DNA of 64,000 nt from Camelus ferus. Lineage: Eukaryota. Location: NCBI RefSeq assembly GCF_009834535.1, contig NC_045696.1, forward strand, positions 37,078,001 to 37,142,000, given 5' to 3'. The first letter of the stretch is position 1, and each line of letters opens with the position of its first letter. Both the position numbers and the translations under genes were made by a program. Under the pieces are notes generated by a model that saw only the letters and a program-made list of their open reading frames with translations, was not told where the DNA came from and ran no database searches. Positions 12,668-25,470 of this stretch are shown piece by piece.

Positions 12668-14924
12668 TTATTTAAAAATAATTAGTTACAAAACCTCAAG
12701 CAGAGTCATAACTGTCTTTAGGCTGAAGTAACCAGGTCAAATTTAGTAAGTGGTACAAAATTATAGGGAGATAACCAACAGAATCTTAACTGAGATAAAT
12801 CTCATAGAACAAAGGACACTTTCTGTGATAGTGGTATATGGGCTAAACTTAAGATTTAATGGAGTTTTAAGAGACAAAGTAGCCAATTACAGAGTGTGGA
12901 CATAGTTTGAATTCCAACTCAAATAATTTTCTTAAATGTTGAGGAGAATCAGAGAAGTGTGAAAACTTTCTTCAATATTTGATTATATTTTTAAAAGTAT
13001 TATTTAATTTGTATGTGTAAGTTCTTTGTGTTTAAAATTTAGTTCATATCTGTAGAAATACATGCAGAATATTTAAAGAAAAATAATTTTTCATAATTGC
13101 TTCAAAGTAATTGGTTGTTGGTGGGATGAAGTAAGACATTTTATTATTTTATGTTATTAATATTAACAATATTAATAAATATTTTAAAATTTTTATTTTA
13201 AGTTTTATAATACATTTTAATGAAAATTATTTAAGATGTCTATGTCTGAGGAATGGAGTTAAGATGGGGTGTAGTGAGTTGTAAAAGTCTTTGTAATATT
13301 TGACTCTGTTTAGTTCTGTGACCGTACAGATAGAAACTAAACATCTGAAAATAATTCAAAATATTAATGACGTTTAATCAACAACCAAAAATCTTTCTCC
13401 CTCTCTCGTAAAGCATAATGTTCAGAAGATCTTACTGATAAATTTACACACTTTTGTGTGTTGAATTAAGTAAACTTTACTTAAGACATCACAATCGATT
13501 AACCCACTTTATGGGAATAAAAGCTAAATTTGGGAGTACTTTTCAAGTGCTACAAATTCCAATAACTTAAGTTAAAGAAAATGTTAAGGAAAACATCATT
13601 AGCTAATTGAAGCTTTTAAGAGTAGGTGTTTTTTGCTGAAAGTCTTTCCCCAGATTTATGATTCATTTTGGTCCCACTTCAATGATCTCTTTATGAGAGG
13701 CTCTCCTCCACCACCTCACATTAAATCCACCACTCACCCAAACCAGGCATCGTTTTTCCTCCTCTCATGTGACGTCCCTTAGCAGCGTGTCTTCCTGCAG
13801 GTGTGCAGGTGTGTGCTGCGTGGCTTTCAGTGGCCCAGGTGCCCCGGCTGCCTGGAGCCTACAGGGCTTCTTGGAGGGTAGAAGGTACATATATATTTAG
13901 ATAGAATAAAAAAATAAAAAAAGAGTCTGATTTTTAGTAAATGCATAGAGCATTTTTCCATGAAGTATATATTTTATGTTTACCTCAACTACCTAAATTA
14001 TTTGAACATGACCCCAAAAGGTTATTGAATTCCATTATGAAAATGTTATCAGTCTATCAAGACTTTTCCGCCTGTATCAAAAAGTTAACCTTTATTTATA
14101 ACTAACCAAATTCAGGATCATCCCTAATATATTTGTATACTGTTGATAGTCAGGGAAAAGCAATAACTTTTGCTATGAAAAAGGGGGAAAATTAAAGATT
14201 TATTGTAGTTCATTTTGTTTTTTCCTTTTCATGCTTGGGAGGATAAATAAGGGCCTATCAGTTTTTCCATTTTCTTTTTCTTTAATTTTACACACTGCCT
14301 TTTGGAGTCAGAGTAAAAAGACTGGGATAATTACTCATGAAAATTATATTATGAATGCTATACAATAAATGATTATTTTCTTTTCAGGGTGAACAAATGC
14401 TATTTATCTTCTCCACACTTTCTGTGCAGTTTATGCCATAACCAATTATCCTTCTCTTTAGTGAGCATTTATTTTTTAAAAGATCAAAAAATTGGTTAGA
14501 GTTTCAATGATGCATGAACCTGGCTAGAAATTTCTCCTAATAGTCACTTCTTGAGCCCTCTAAAATGAATTAACCACATTTCCTTCTAAAAAAAAAAGTG
14601 TGATTTAAAGTTTAGAATTGACTAAAATAGATATTTATTAATCTTTTATAGGCAGATTGTTCATATATGTTAGTGTGTGTGTAAATCCATTTTGATTTGA
14701 TTATTTTGTCTGAAAACTTTGAAATAGATGAGGAGTTGAGCAAGCTATAATATATTTTTAAAAACTGTTTTATCATTAGGTTACTTATTTTATGTATAAT
14801 CTTAAAACTAATTTCACTACAGTGATTCTAGTGTCATGGGTTTCTGCTGTGTATAAGTAAGAGTATGTGATTGTGTTTGTAATGTTCTTAGTTCTGGAGA
14901 CAGAGTAATGCAAAGACTTGCTAA

Positions 14925-15070
14925 AAGGAAGATAAGGAAGAAAGAAGAAGAAAAGGCAAGAAAAAAGAATAGAAAGACAGGAAAAAAGAAAGGAAAAAGG
15001 AGGGGTGGAAGGAGCAGAGGGAGGAGAGAGGAAGGAAGAAAGAAAGAAAAAAGGGAGAGAAGTAAAGAGA
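14925..15070. repeat. GA-rich low-complexity tract
   Basis: Nearly pure purine run; it generates the spurious ORF 14817-15158. Confidence 0.9.
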
Positions 15071-15189
15071 ACACTTCTAAGTTGTAACGGGGCTTACATT
15101 CTAGAGTCTTTCCACAAAAACTGTGACTAAAAATATAGTTTTGGTTTGTGAAGACCAAAGAAAAGCAAAGTATAATTTCAGAGTTTGAT

Positions 15190-16140
15190 AGAGGTGTGGT
15201 GGGCTATTTTTTTAGATAACATTATTTGGGAAGGTCTACCTCAGAAGTCAGTTAAGCTTCTTTTTTGAAAACAGAAACTAGAATTGAATGAATGAGAGTG
15301 AACCATGGAGCTCTGGGAGGAGACTGCTCCCTGCAGAGGAGCTAGCAGGAGCCAGATTCTTGGGTAGGAACAAAATTTTGATGTTCTAGGAGTTAGAGGA
15401 AGTCCTAGTATTTCGCCTAGCAAGGAATGGGAGAAGGTAGCATCATGGGAGATTTCAGAAAGATGAGGGAACACCTTGTTTCTATTTTTGTAGTCTACCA
15501 CAAAAAGTTGGATTTTATTCTAAATGTGTCAAGACATTTAAAGTTTTAAGCATGGGAGTACTACAACTATTTAAAATATCACTCTAGCTGTTGTACTGAG
15601 AATAGCTTGGCTGTTAGGAGCAAACTGAAGCAAGAAATGAAATAGAATATTTCAGCGGTCAGGTGAGAGTTTGGGAGACAGCATCAGAGGGGCTGATGTG
15701 ATGGTGGTGAGATGTGTTCAGATTTCAGATACTTTTTGAAATTGGAAAGGATGAGGTTCACAGGTAAACTGAGCGAGGTGTGCAGAGAATTTGGGGCCAA
15801 ATAATTGGAAAATTTATGATACCAGATGGAGGAGATGGAGTAGAGAAGATGTGGGGAAAAAACTAAGTGTTTTGTTTTCTCTATTACATTTAACACACCA
15901 ATTAGACAACCGTATGGGGCATCTCAAGTAAGCATTTGTATTTTCATGAGACTAATGCTCAGAAAAGAGGCCACAATTGGGTGAAAATGAAGGACAGAGT
16001 TAAGTATAAATACATAATCACTAGTATAGAGATCAAATGTAAGCAGAAAACAGAAGAGAACAGAGACAGAATCTTGTGATATTATAGCATTTACAAAACT
16101 AGCAGAGGAGGACGGGCCAGCAAAGTGAGAATAAGGACTT
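15190..16140 (-). mobile_element. L2 LINE fragment
   Basis: Purine-rich antisense L2 motifs: ttggattttattctaaatgtg, aagttttaagcatggga, atcactctagctgttg, caggtgagag, ggttcacaggtaaactga. Confidence 0.8.
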
Positions 16141-16544
16141 AAAAAGAATAGAGTTTATTAATTACATAATTATAACAGATGCAAAGTAGATTATATGCAC
16201 ATGGATGTTTACCGTGTTGTAGTTCAGAGTAGTAGAAGGGATGTTCATTCTATAAATATTTATTGATTAAAACCAAAGGATTAAATAATTCATTTTTGAT
16301 GGAAAATTAAGATTCTTTTGAATAATTCTTAATGAATTTTTATCAAAATATATTTATATTTGCACTATAAAAATCACATATCCATGTACACATAAATACT
16401 TGTATATGCACTCAGAAAATGCAGTGATAAAATGTTTATGCAAACTGAAAAATAAAATAATTTTTCTTGTAAAAATTACCCCATATATGTATATTCTTAT
16501 GTTACTTCAGGGCCTTATGCTTCCATTTTGAAGAAAAATCTCAT

Positions 16545-17465
16545 TAATTTTAGAGGAGTTTTAGACTTAACAGATAATTTATGAAGACAATGCAGATTTC
16601 CCGTAAACCAGATCTCAGCTTCCCTCATTATTAACATCTCATATTAGTAAGGGAAATTTATTACAATTATTGAAAAAATACTGATATATTATTCTTAACT
16701 AAAGGGCACACTATATTATGCAGACTTTCTTAGTGTCACCTGATGTCCTTTTCCTGTTCCAGGATCTTAACCAGGATATCATATAACATTTCATAGCCCT
16801 GTCTCCATAGACTTCTCTTGACTTTGACAGTTTCTCAGATTTCTTTCTTTGGATGACTTTGTATAGGTCAGCTATTTTGTAGAAATTCCCTCAGTTAAAT
16901 TTTTTCTCTTTGTTTTTATTTTTTCTCATCACTAGGCTGGGTTATGGTTTTAGGGCAGAAGACCTCAGAGATTGTTCTTTTCATCTCATCACGTGAAGAG
17001 TACACACTGTCAATATCACTTTGCATTGTTGATGCTAATCTTGATCACCTGGCTGAAGTAATTTTTGTCAGTTTTCTCCACCAGCAATTACTCTTTCTTC
17101 ATCTTTCCACATTTTACTCTTTGACAAGAAGTCATTTTGTGCAGCCCACACTTAAGGAATGAGTGGTCATAATCCACATTCTTACTGGTGTAGAGTCTGC
17201 ACAAATTATTTGGAATGCTAATGCATGATATGCTTCTATATTCTTCTTCATTTATTAACTCAGTCATTAATTTATATCATCATGGTCTTGTGTCTGTTTT
17301 ATTTCAGATTGTAATCCAACACTGTGTCATTTATATCTTGCTTACATTTTTCCAACTTGTTTATTGGAACCTTTACTAGTTGGCCCCTTCAACATACACT
17401 CATCACTGTTCTTTTGTTTTTGTTTTTGTTTTAATTTTTAGCACTTCTTTATTTCTTGGCACCAC
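16545..17465 (-). mobile_element. L1MC4/5-like 3' region
   Basis: ttttagaggagttttagactt, ttccctcattattaacatct, gatgtccttttcctgttccaggatc, ttgatcacctggctgaagta. Confidence 0.82.
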
Positions 17466-17469
17466 AGGT

Positions 17470-18065
17470 TAAACCTCAGTCTTAGTGGGTATGTGTGTCT
17501 GGGCTATGACCTTCACAAGTGTTTCTTTGCTTTTCTCACCTTTTGTAGATTCAGGAATGCTGGGGGGAATTGCAGGGGGAGAAATCTTCTTCCCTCAGAC
17601 TAGATAGAAACTTTTGGTAAAGTCTTTTTCCCTGAAAAGTTGGACTTGGCTGTATGAAATCCTCTGGACATGTTTCACAATGGACATTCTTCTGCCCTCC
17701 AAAGCCAAGGTGAACTCTTTCTCAGATCTTCATCATGTAAATCTGCTACTGTTCCTGCAGGAAAACCATGAAAATGTGGGGACTCTCTTAAGACTGTGGC
17801 CCCCAGAACTTTCTCACTTTCAGTCTAGTCCACACACACACTGGCTTAAGAATTACCATTTAAAAAAATTCCTACCAGTTGACCCTGCTTCTGCAAGCTG
17901 ATCTCAGCTATAACTCTGGATTTGCTTGTCTCTTTAGATGACAGGGTGGTAGTTTTCTGATGGGTCAAGACAAGTCATTGCTTTTCAGTTTGTCCAGATT
18001 TTTCTTGCTGTAAGTGTGCTGGACAGTTTTCAAGTTCTTTACGTGTTGGAGTTGAAACAGGAAGA
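17470..18065 (-). mobile_element. Old L1M 5'-region fragment
   Basis: ctgggctatgaccttcacaagtgttt, ctctttctcagatcttcatcatg, ttttcagtttgtccagatttttcttg, typical of L1MC/MD 5' ends. Confidence 0.6.
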
Positions 18066-20639
18066 GTTATTGTTTTTATTGTAGGACAAACAATAGCTAT
18101 CACTCTTAAGAATAATACTGAGAACACAAAAAGCTTAAGCTGTTACAAAATTTTATAATTTTGACAGGCTCATCTGTCCAGAATTAAATTAAACCTTTTA
18201 ATGCTTCACCTTAACATACTGTGAGACTTTTTAAAATCACATTCAATGGAGACACTAATGTAAGCAGTTATAAGAAAAAGACAACAAAATAGTGAGGCTA
18301 GACAGATGAAATTGTCCTCAGCTATTAGGCCACCAGCCACTGTAATTGTCCTTGGGTTAAAGGTTAGGGTTAAGATGGATAAAAGTGAACTCTCTTTTCC
18401 CCAGAAGTAAGCTCAAATTTCTGCTTCTTAGATTAGTTGCCTGAAGGAGAAAAAATATATGATAAGCTTTTTTTTCATTGTCAGCCAGAAGAATTCAAAG
18501 CAAAAATCTTTATAACTGTGGGAACTGAGAAATTTCCAGATATGAAAGTGCAGGTGCCTTTTCAACTGAATCAAGAACACCACAGAAAATGAAGAGTGAG
18601 AAAGCTCATACTTACATAAAACAAACAAAAATTTTCAAAAATTGTTTTGAGAGTCTTGGTATAGGTAAGATTTACTCTCTAGTAGCAGCAAATTTGCAAA
18701 GATATTTTTAAAAGTGAGAAATTAAATAATTGCTTGGGGAAAGAAGAAATAAAGATGAAATACAGTGTATTCAGCTTGATGTCTCAGATTAGTTTAGGGA
18801 TAACTTAGTGTTATAAAAATTATCAATTAATTGGTAAAACCCTATCCTAACATTTGCTAGTTCAACCACAACTTAAAAGAGAATAAGAAGCAAAATATAT
18901 TTAAACAAACTTATTTTTAAGATTCTTGCAAACAATTTCCAAAGAATTTGAGGATATATACAAGTAACAAAAATTGTCAAAAATTCAACTAATATTTTGC
19001 CATGAAATTAACAGAAGTTAACTGGCAAGCATAATGGGTTTGAATTTACTGTGTCTATACCCAAGTCAATGATATGCTTCCTTCCTTCCAATGTTTGAAA
19101 AGATATTCTACAAAACTTGCAATAAACTTAGGGAAAAAATGAAAATAAAAAAAATCAATATATAGGCATTGTTGGGATGTTTTATTTAAAATTTGTTTGA
19201 ATTGTGCCATAAGCTTTAGCCAAGAAATAGAAAAATACAGATATATACTTTTTAGCATATATCTTTACCTTCCACAATGACACTGGGAAACTGAGATTCT
19301 AAGAAATTTACATGGAATATCAAAATATCTCAATGAGGGTTTTAAAAGAAAATTACTGAAATCTGGAGAACAAACTTATACCCATGTATGTACATTTTAA
19401 CAAACTCCTTTGCATCTCCTGGGGACAAATTGATTCTCATAAGAAATTTTATAAAAGTTCACATACTTATTGCCAAAATTTTAAACTGAAACTCTCTTCT
19501 CTTGAATTTAAAATATCTATATTTTAGTTGAGGATGTTCATATATTCATCAGATAAAAATGAAACTAGTAATGGAATTCTTTTTTGATTAGCAATTAATC
19601 TTTTAATTATTTATGTCTTCTTACAATATTACTTCAAAGTTACTTCAGTTTAGTATATTTCGGGGGAAATATGTATATCTAAAAAGAAACAACCTTAATA
19701 TAAGCTATAAAGTTAGCTTTCATTCATAAATAAGTTCAAGAATGTATTTCTTTTCTAGGAATAGACTTCAATCAAAAAACTTTACTTCTACTTCCAATTT
19801 TGGGAGACAAAATTTTAGTATATGCTTAAAAATATAGTTAAGAATATGTTTATAAATTATTATCACCTGAAGTAATATTTATTTAAATAAAAAATTTATT
19901 TTGAAGAATATTCAGATATAAACAGGTATTCACATATACTTATTTAAAAACAAATTTTAGTGTAGGTTTTTAAGCATTATATGATATTTCATGTGCATAA
20001 ATTATTTCCCTAAAGGCCTCTGGTCTCTCATTTGAGCAAATGTATACAGGAAAGTTCTGGTGTACAATGGAAACTATTCATCCTGAATTAAGGCATTTTG
20101 TGATTAGACACTCAGGCTTGTCCACAAAAGCAATATTAAATTATACAGCTGAAATACTGTATATTCAAATTACATTGTTTTCATTTTTAAAATGTGATAC
20201 TCTAAATAACTATATGTGGGATGTCAGCAGAATCTAGCTAGTTTATTTCTTTTTTCATCTATGAAATTGTTTGTATTTAAAAATAATTATTTTCCAATGA
20301 GCACTGCCATGTGTAAATATTTAAAGATAGCTAGATAGATATTTTATAGTTTTGTGTATTTGATAAATTGTACCTTTTATTCAATCTTTTTTCTTCATAA
20401 AATGCATTTTTCAGTCTATACTGTGTACCAAGTGATGTAAAGCACAGATACAACTTATCCTCCCAAAGTTGCAAAAAATTTGTAATAAATAAAAGAATAT
20501 TCAGGGACAGACAAAAGGGAAAAGCTTTGCATTTGCAGATAGAGAATACTTCATGTAAATACATGAAGAAAGGCAAAGCAATGTACACAAGCCTGGAGCG
20601 CAGACACAAGTTCCGTAGAGGTGGCACAGTGGGTTACAG

Positions 20640-20962
20640 GCAGGATGGAGGCGGTAGAAAGAATTCAAGTAATAGGAGCCTGGAAACTTGTTGAGGTGTT
20701 GGAATAACATGGAGAATGACAGGGAGAGTGACATGAAGAGGGTGTAGAGATAAAGAAGGCCAGATTTCATGTAGTTATGTTACAGAGTTTGGTGAGTATC
20801 TGAAGATCAAATGTAAACAAGGAAGATTTCAACGTAGCAGTACCTGAGGTTTACTTGCACTTTAACACACTACTATATACAATACAGAGAACTACTGTAC
20901 GTCACAGGGAACTATACTCAGTATCTTGTAATCTATAATGGAAAAGAATCTGAAAAAGAGTA

Positions 20963-20995
<33 letters not shown>

Positions 20996-21409
20996 ATATG
21001 CATCTGAATCACTTTGTACACCTGGAACCAATACAACATTATAAATCAACTATACTTCAATAAAAAGTTGTTTTGAAAACAATTTTTGAAAGCTACATTA
21101 AAAAGATAATCTGAATATTTTGGAGAAAATAAAAGAAGAAGCAGCAGTTCGGGTGAGAGATAATAATAGCTTAGAACAAAAGGGTGGCTACCGAAATAGA
21201 AAGATATGTACAAGCTGAAATATATGTAAGTGGGAGAATAGATAGTATATTGAGGTAGAGTGGCTGTCTGCAGGAAGAGGACTCAAATAGTAACATACGG
21301 GTTTCCAGACTGAACAACTGGGGAGAGTGATACTGAGTTTGGAGATTGATTAGTTGGAAGAATATGGTGAGTTTTATTTTAGAAGTCAACGGTTTAAAGC
21401 ATTTTGAAT
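20640..21409 (-). mobile_element. L2 fragments interrupted by an L1 3' end
   Basis: gccagatttcatgtag, gggtgagagataataatagcttagaac, gaggactcaaatagtaacatacgggtttccagactgaacaactggg. Confidence 0.65.
20866..21067 (+). mobile_element. Cetartiodactyl L1 3' end (5'-truncated) containing (TG)12
   Basis: cacagggaactatactcagtatcttgtaa...gaatcactttgtacacctgga...aaatcaactatacttcaataaaaa; (TG)n at 20963-20986. Confidence 0.88.
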
Positions 21410-21985
21410 TGTAGGGTGTGACAAAATTGAGTTTGATTTGAGCCCTGTGTTCTTGGAAAATGGCAATGAAGAAGAAGTCTTACTCTAAGGAACCACTTTT
21501 CCCCATATAATTAGATAAGACCTTTGAATGCCACTTTAATTACTTATGATGGGGTCAGACACAGACCCTCTTTCTGTGCCTCGTACATGATAAGCTGAAC
21601 TCTTTTGTCCCACTGGTCAATTGGAATAAGATGCCTGTTAAACTTTGATACGTTTGTCTCCTTTCAAGACCTTAGACTTTGACATGTCCTCACCTTGACA
21701 TGTCCCCAGCACCCAAGCCCTCCTCGCAGGCCCTCCTGAGAACAGACTGACTTCAGGTTAAAATGTTCTCTGATCTACTGTCATGTCGTGTCACTCACTC
21801 CTCTCACTTTCCTACACCCAGTTATTTCTAGCTTGGCTTACTCTTCCCCATAAAAGAAAAGCACTTTTCCGCCTAACCATTAAGATCTCATGGCTGGTTT
21901 TCCTTATTACAAAAGCTCCTCCATCCTCTCCTCCTCCTCCATTTCCCCCTTTACTTCCTTTCTCCCTCCTATTACAGGAATAAGC
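21410..21985 (+). mobile_element. MER110-like ERV1 LTR
   Basis: Starts tgtagggtgtgacaaaattgagtttgatttgagccctgtg; contains cagacacagaccctc, ttctctgatctactgtc, ccataaaagaaaagc. The 3' end looks eroded. Confidence 0.8.
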
Positions 21986-22180
21986 GAAGGTTGAGAGGTA
22001 CAACCAACTCACGCTGGGGAATCAGGTTAAATGTTTGCTTCGCAGATTGATTTGGGGGTTCAGCTAGCCTTTGTAATCTCAATCTAAAATTTTAGAGAAA
22101 AGTGAAAACAGGAATAGTTCCTCTATTTGCTCTTGTCCTGAAATAGTGTGATCTTTTAGTTAATTTCCTTGCCTGGGTTT
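21986..22180 (+). mobile_element. Probable ERV1 internal 5' leader fragment following the LTR
   Basis: cagattgatttgggggttcagctagc...ctaaaattttagagaaaa...ttcctctatttgctcttgtcctgaaa resembles MER110/MER34-group leader sequence as I recall it. Confidence 0.45.
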
Positions 22181-23479
22181 TTACACATGCTTTATGGAAT
22201 CATTCTATTTCTACATAAATTGACCTTTGAGATCTTCTCATTTATTGCTGGCATCTTCTGACCTTCTGTAAATATAATATTTGATTACATTTATTTAGTA
22301 ACTTATGCATCAGTCGTTTTGTATTTATATAGTTTAGATAATCTTGGTACTTTAACCTACTTCCAATTCTTTTCCATATATAAATTAATATTTGGAAATA
22401 AGGATTTTATTTTATTTTCCAGTGTGTATTGGAATATGCTCCTATCATAAACTTATCTTAAAAAAAATCTGAATGTGTTTTCTAACAGACCCCCAGATAA
22501 CACTAAGAAACACTCTTTCTCCGTGGCCATTATTAAATATGCATGCAATACGATGAGTATTGCCAGTTAGAGAAGTCTAAATAAAAGTAACTCTTTGGTG
22601 GAACAATTGTTTAGTGTTTACTTTGAATACTAATCAAAGTACCACTTCTAATATAAAAGTGAATCAAAGATACTTGATTTTAAAATGGACGGAGCTTTCT
22701 TTCTTCCTTTACCTCTCATTTTGTAAGTTAGAAAACTGTTTGCTGTATCTCAAATCCTAAAAGAGCATTAATAATGTATTTTATATATATACATGTATGT
22801 ATGTACCTATACAAGATTTTACAGAACAGGACGGGAGTATGTGAAATTATTGTAATGCTCTGCGACCCACTTCTCTAGTGCATGATGAGACTGTAAAGTG
22901 CTATTGAAAAGCCCAAATAACCTTGATTTCCAGGAATCTTCTGAATGTCATAACTGCCTCATTAGGCAAACTATTCACCAGCTGATTGTCATTGCTGTAG
23001 GGCAATACAGAATAAGAATTCATTTTTTGTCCTCTTTTGGTTGAAATATGCTACAAAATTATCCTGAAGAGAGAAACAAGGTTAAAAAAAAAAAAAAACA
23101 ATTGTCTCAAATGCCTTCTTCTTAAGTATAACAATAAGATATATGAATTACCTGTGTACCTTTAACTTTACTTTGCCTGACTGATGACTGTAATACAACA
23201 GGAGAGTCTAGCCAGGAGATAATGAAAAACCATGTTTTTTTTGACAAAGTCAGTTGGTGGTTTGGATGCAAGTGACTTACAAAGAGAGAGAATTATCTAA
23301 GTTTATTTATAATGTGAATATTTTACTTTTGATTTGAGTTTTCAAGTTATAATATTACATTCTGAAGAAATTGGGTATAATCTCAAGTATTAAATTCCAC
23401 TTTTGTCATATTTGAGTCACATTTAATATATGTCAAAGCTGATACTTCTGAAAGAAATTCTTTCCAGCATCTTAGACAT

Positions 23480-23790
23480 GTGACATTCTGTTGTTAGGTT
23501 CATACGCAATTTGTACTGTTGCATCTTTTTGGAGAATTCATTATTTAATGTCCCTCTTTATACCTGATAATCTTCCTTCTTCTGAAATCGGCTTTGTCTG
23601 AAATTGGTATAACTGCTCCAGCTTTAAGCATTGTTAAACATACTATTCTGTACTCAATCTGTCAAAATCTTATGTTTAAAATGAATTTCTGGTGGAACAA
23701 ATACAGCTAGGTTCTCTCTGTCTTTTTTTCCCACCTCTTCTGACAATCTCTGTATTTTAGTTGGTGTGTTTAGATCATTCACATTTATAT
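23480..23790 (-). mobile_element. Old L1 fragment (ORF2 start region)
   Basis: tctgaaatcggctttgtctgaaatt, tctgacaatctctgtattttagttggtgtgtttagatcattcacattta. Confidence 0.7.
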
Positions 23791-24074
23791 ATATTCCCCT
23801 ATTTGGTTCTGTTTCTCTAGAGAGAAGCCATCAAGAAGCCACCTGAGCCAGAGTGCTCCTAAGGGAGTCTCAGACTTGAAGCAGAGCATTACAGATCATT
23901 CGTCCGCTAGTTATCTCACGCCCCACTTTGGTGGCCAGAAGTCGAAGTCAGTCTTCCAGGAGTTCCTGGCAGGTGAGCGTAGAGCTTTCCCAATCCAGTT
24001 AAACTTCCCCTGCACACACTCTGTGAGTTCACCTTTGGAATTTCAAAAACGTGATCCAGTAAACAATGTATTGT

Positions 24075-24310
24075 TTATGTGCACTACTTAATGCATGCAT
24101 ATCTACATGGTGAAAGTATAAAGGAAAGCAAGCAAATGATAAACACAGTATTCAGAGTAGTGCTTAACCCTTGAAGGACAGGAAGAACGTAGGGTTTCGG
24201 GCAAGAACATGGGAGTTTTCTAATATATTAGTTATGATTAGTTTCTTAAGCTCTGTGGTAGACACGAGTGTGTTTCTTTTATCAGTTGTCATTGCACTCT
24301 ACTTGTATGT
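24075..24310 (+). mobile_element. L1ME-like 3' fragment
   Basis: ggtgaaagtataaaggaaagcaagcaaatgataaacac...ttcagagtagtg...tttcttaagct. Confidence 0.6.
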
Positions 24311-24319
24311 TATAAATGC

Positions 24320-24550
24320 CCTAATATCCCTGGGCTTATTTTCACATACTATTCTAAATGTTTTTTGTATATTAATTCCTAACATCCTTGTCATGATGCT
24401 GTGAGGTATCCTCGTTTTACCAACGTGAAAGCTGAAGTGCAGCGAGGTTGGGTAACGTTCCTCATACCACACAGCTGGCAAGTCACTGAGGCTGTGTTCA
24501 GAACCAGGCAGTCTGGCTCCAGAGTCTGTGCTATTAGCTATTACACTGCA
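24320..24550 (-). mobile_element. MIR SINE
   Basis: gaaagctgaagtgcagcgaggttgggtaacgt...cacacagctggcaagt...gaaccaggcagtctggctccagagtctgtgct. Confidence 0.88.
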
Positions 24551-25249
24551 TATAAACTAAAGAATGCTCTAAAATAAACAAGTAAGAATCAAACAGGTCA
24601 ACAAATGTCTAGGTTTATACTGTATGTCAGCATGACTTGAAAGGCTGTAAGTGTACCCAGGTTTATAGTAGCCAGGTGAGGACCTCAGAAGTTTCTTTGC
24701 ACAGCAGTATTTCAGGCAGGTTCCAATAGTTACCCTGAAGATGGTTCACAATGTGTGAATTAAAACAAACAAGCAAGCAAGGAAACAGTATAGTTATATT
24801 TGTTATTAGCTTCCTGGGAGATAATAGGAAAACACAAAATACAGTCTCTAGAGGTAATAATTCTATATTAATGCACATTAAAAACAAAACAAAAGACAAT
24901 TCCTTCCATCACCTGATGGTACTATGTTGCACAATTCTGACTAAAGACTTGCTTATCACAGGCAGTGACATTGTTCTTCTATCTATGGGGATGGAAACCA
25001 CTGCTTTCTGTTCAGACTTTGTATCTAGTGTATGTGTGTGTGTGTGTATATATACCCTATAAATGTACATATGTGTGTATGTATTATGCATGTTGTATAT
25101 ATGTAAACAAGTTGAGATATATATTTTGTTATGTTTTGTTCAAAAAGTGCAAAACTTTTATCTAATGTATTTAGATTACATTCTATTTCTTCATCTTTTT
25201 TTTTTTAAATAGAAAGGCAATATATTAACATAGAAAAGGAAAAATGTAC

Positions 25250-25470
25250 CAGTGGCCATGTTAGTCTCTAGAATCAGTGGGACCTAAATTATAAAAATGC
25301 AACCATGGGTTGTGTTACTCTGAGCAACTCATCTAAATTCTCCTGACATTTTCATTTCATTTGTAAAATAAACATGTAACTACATTATTGGTGATGTAAG
25401 GGTTAAAAGAGGTAATAGAAGTTGATTACTTAGCGAAGTTTCTCTTAAACCCTCAGTAAAAGTTAACTCC
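25250..25470 (+). mobile_element. MIR SINE (degraded)
   Basis: tgtgttactctgagcaactcatctaa...tttcatttgtaaaata...gtaagggttaaaagaggtaat. Confidence 0.6.

Noticed and set aside
18352..18374. Telomere-like gggttaaaggttagggttaag
   Set aside because: Only one perfect TTAGGG; too short to call an interstitial telomeric sequence.
22920..23000. Minus-strand open stretch NDNQLVNSLPNEAVMTFRRFLEIK after an acceptor-like site
   Set aside because: The donor is weak (aag|gttatt), the peptide is unrecognised, and no partner exons are evident.
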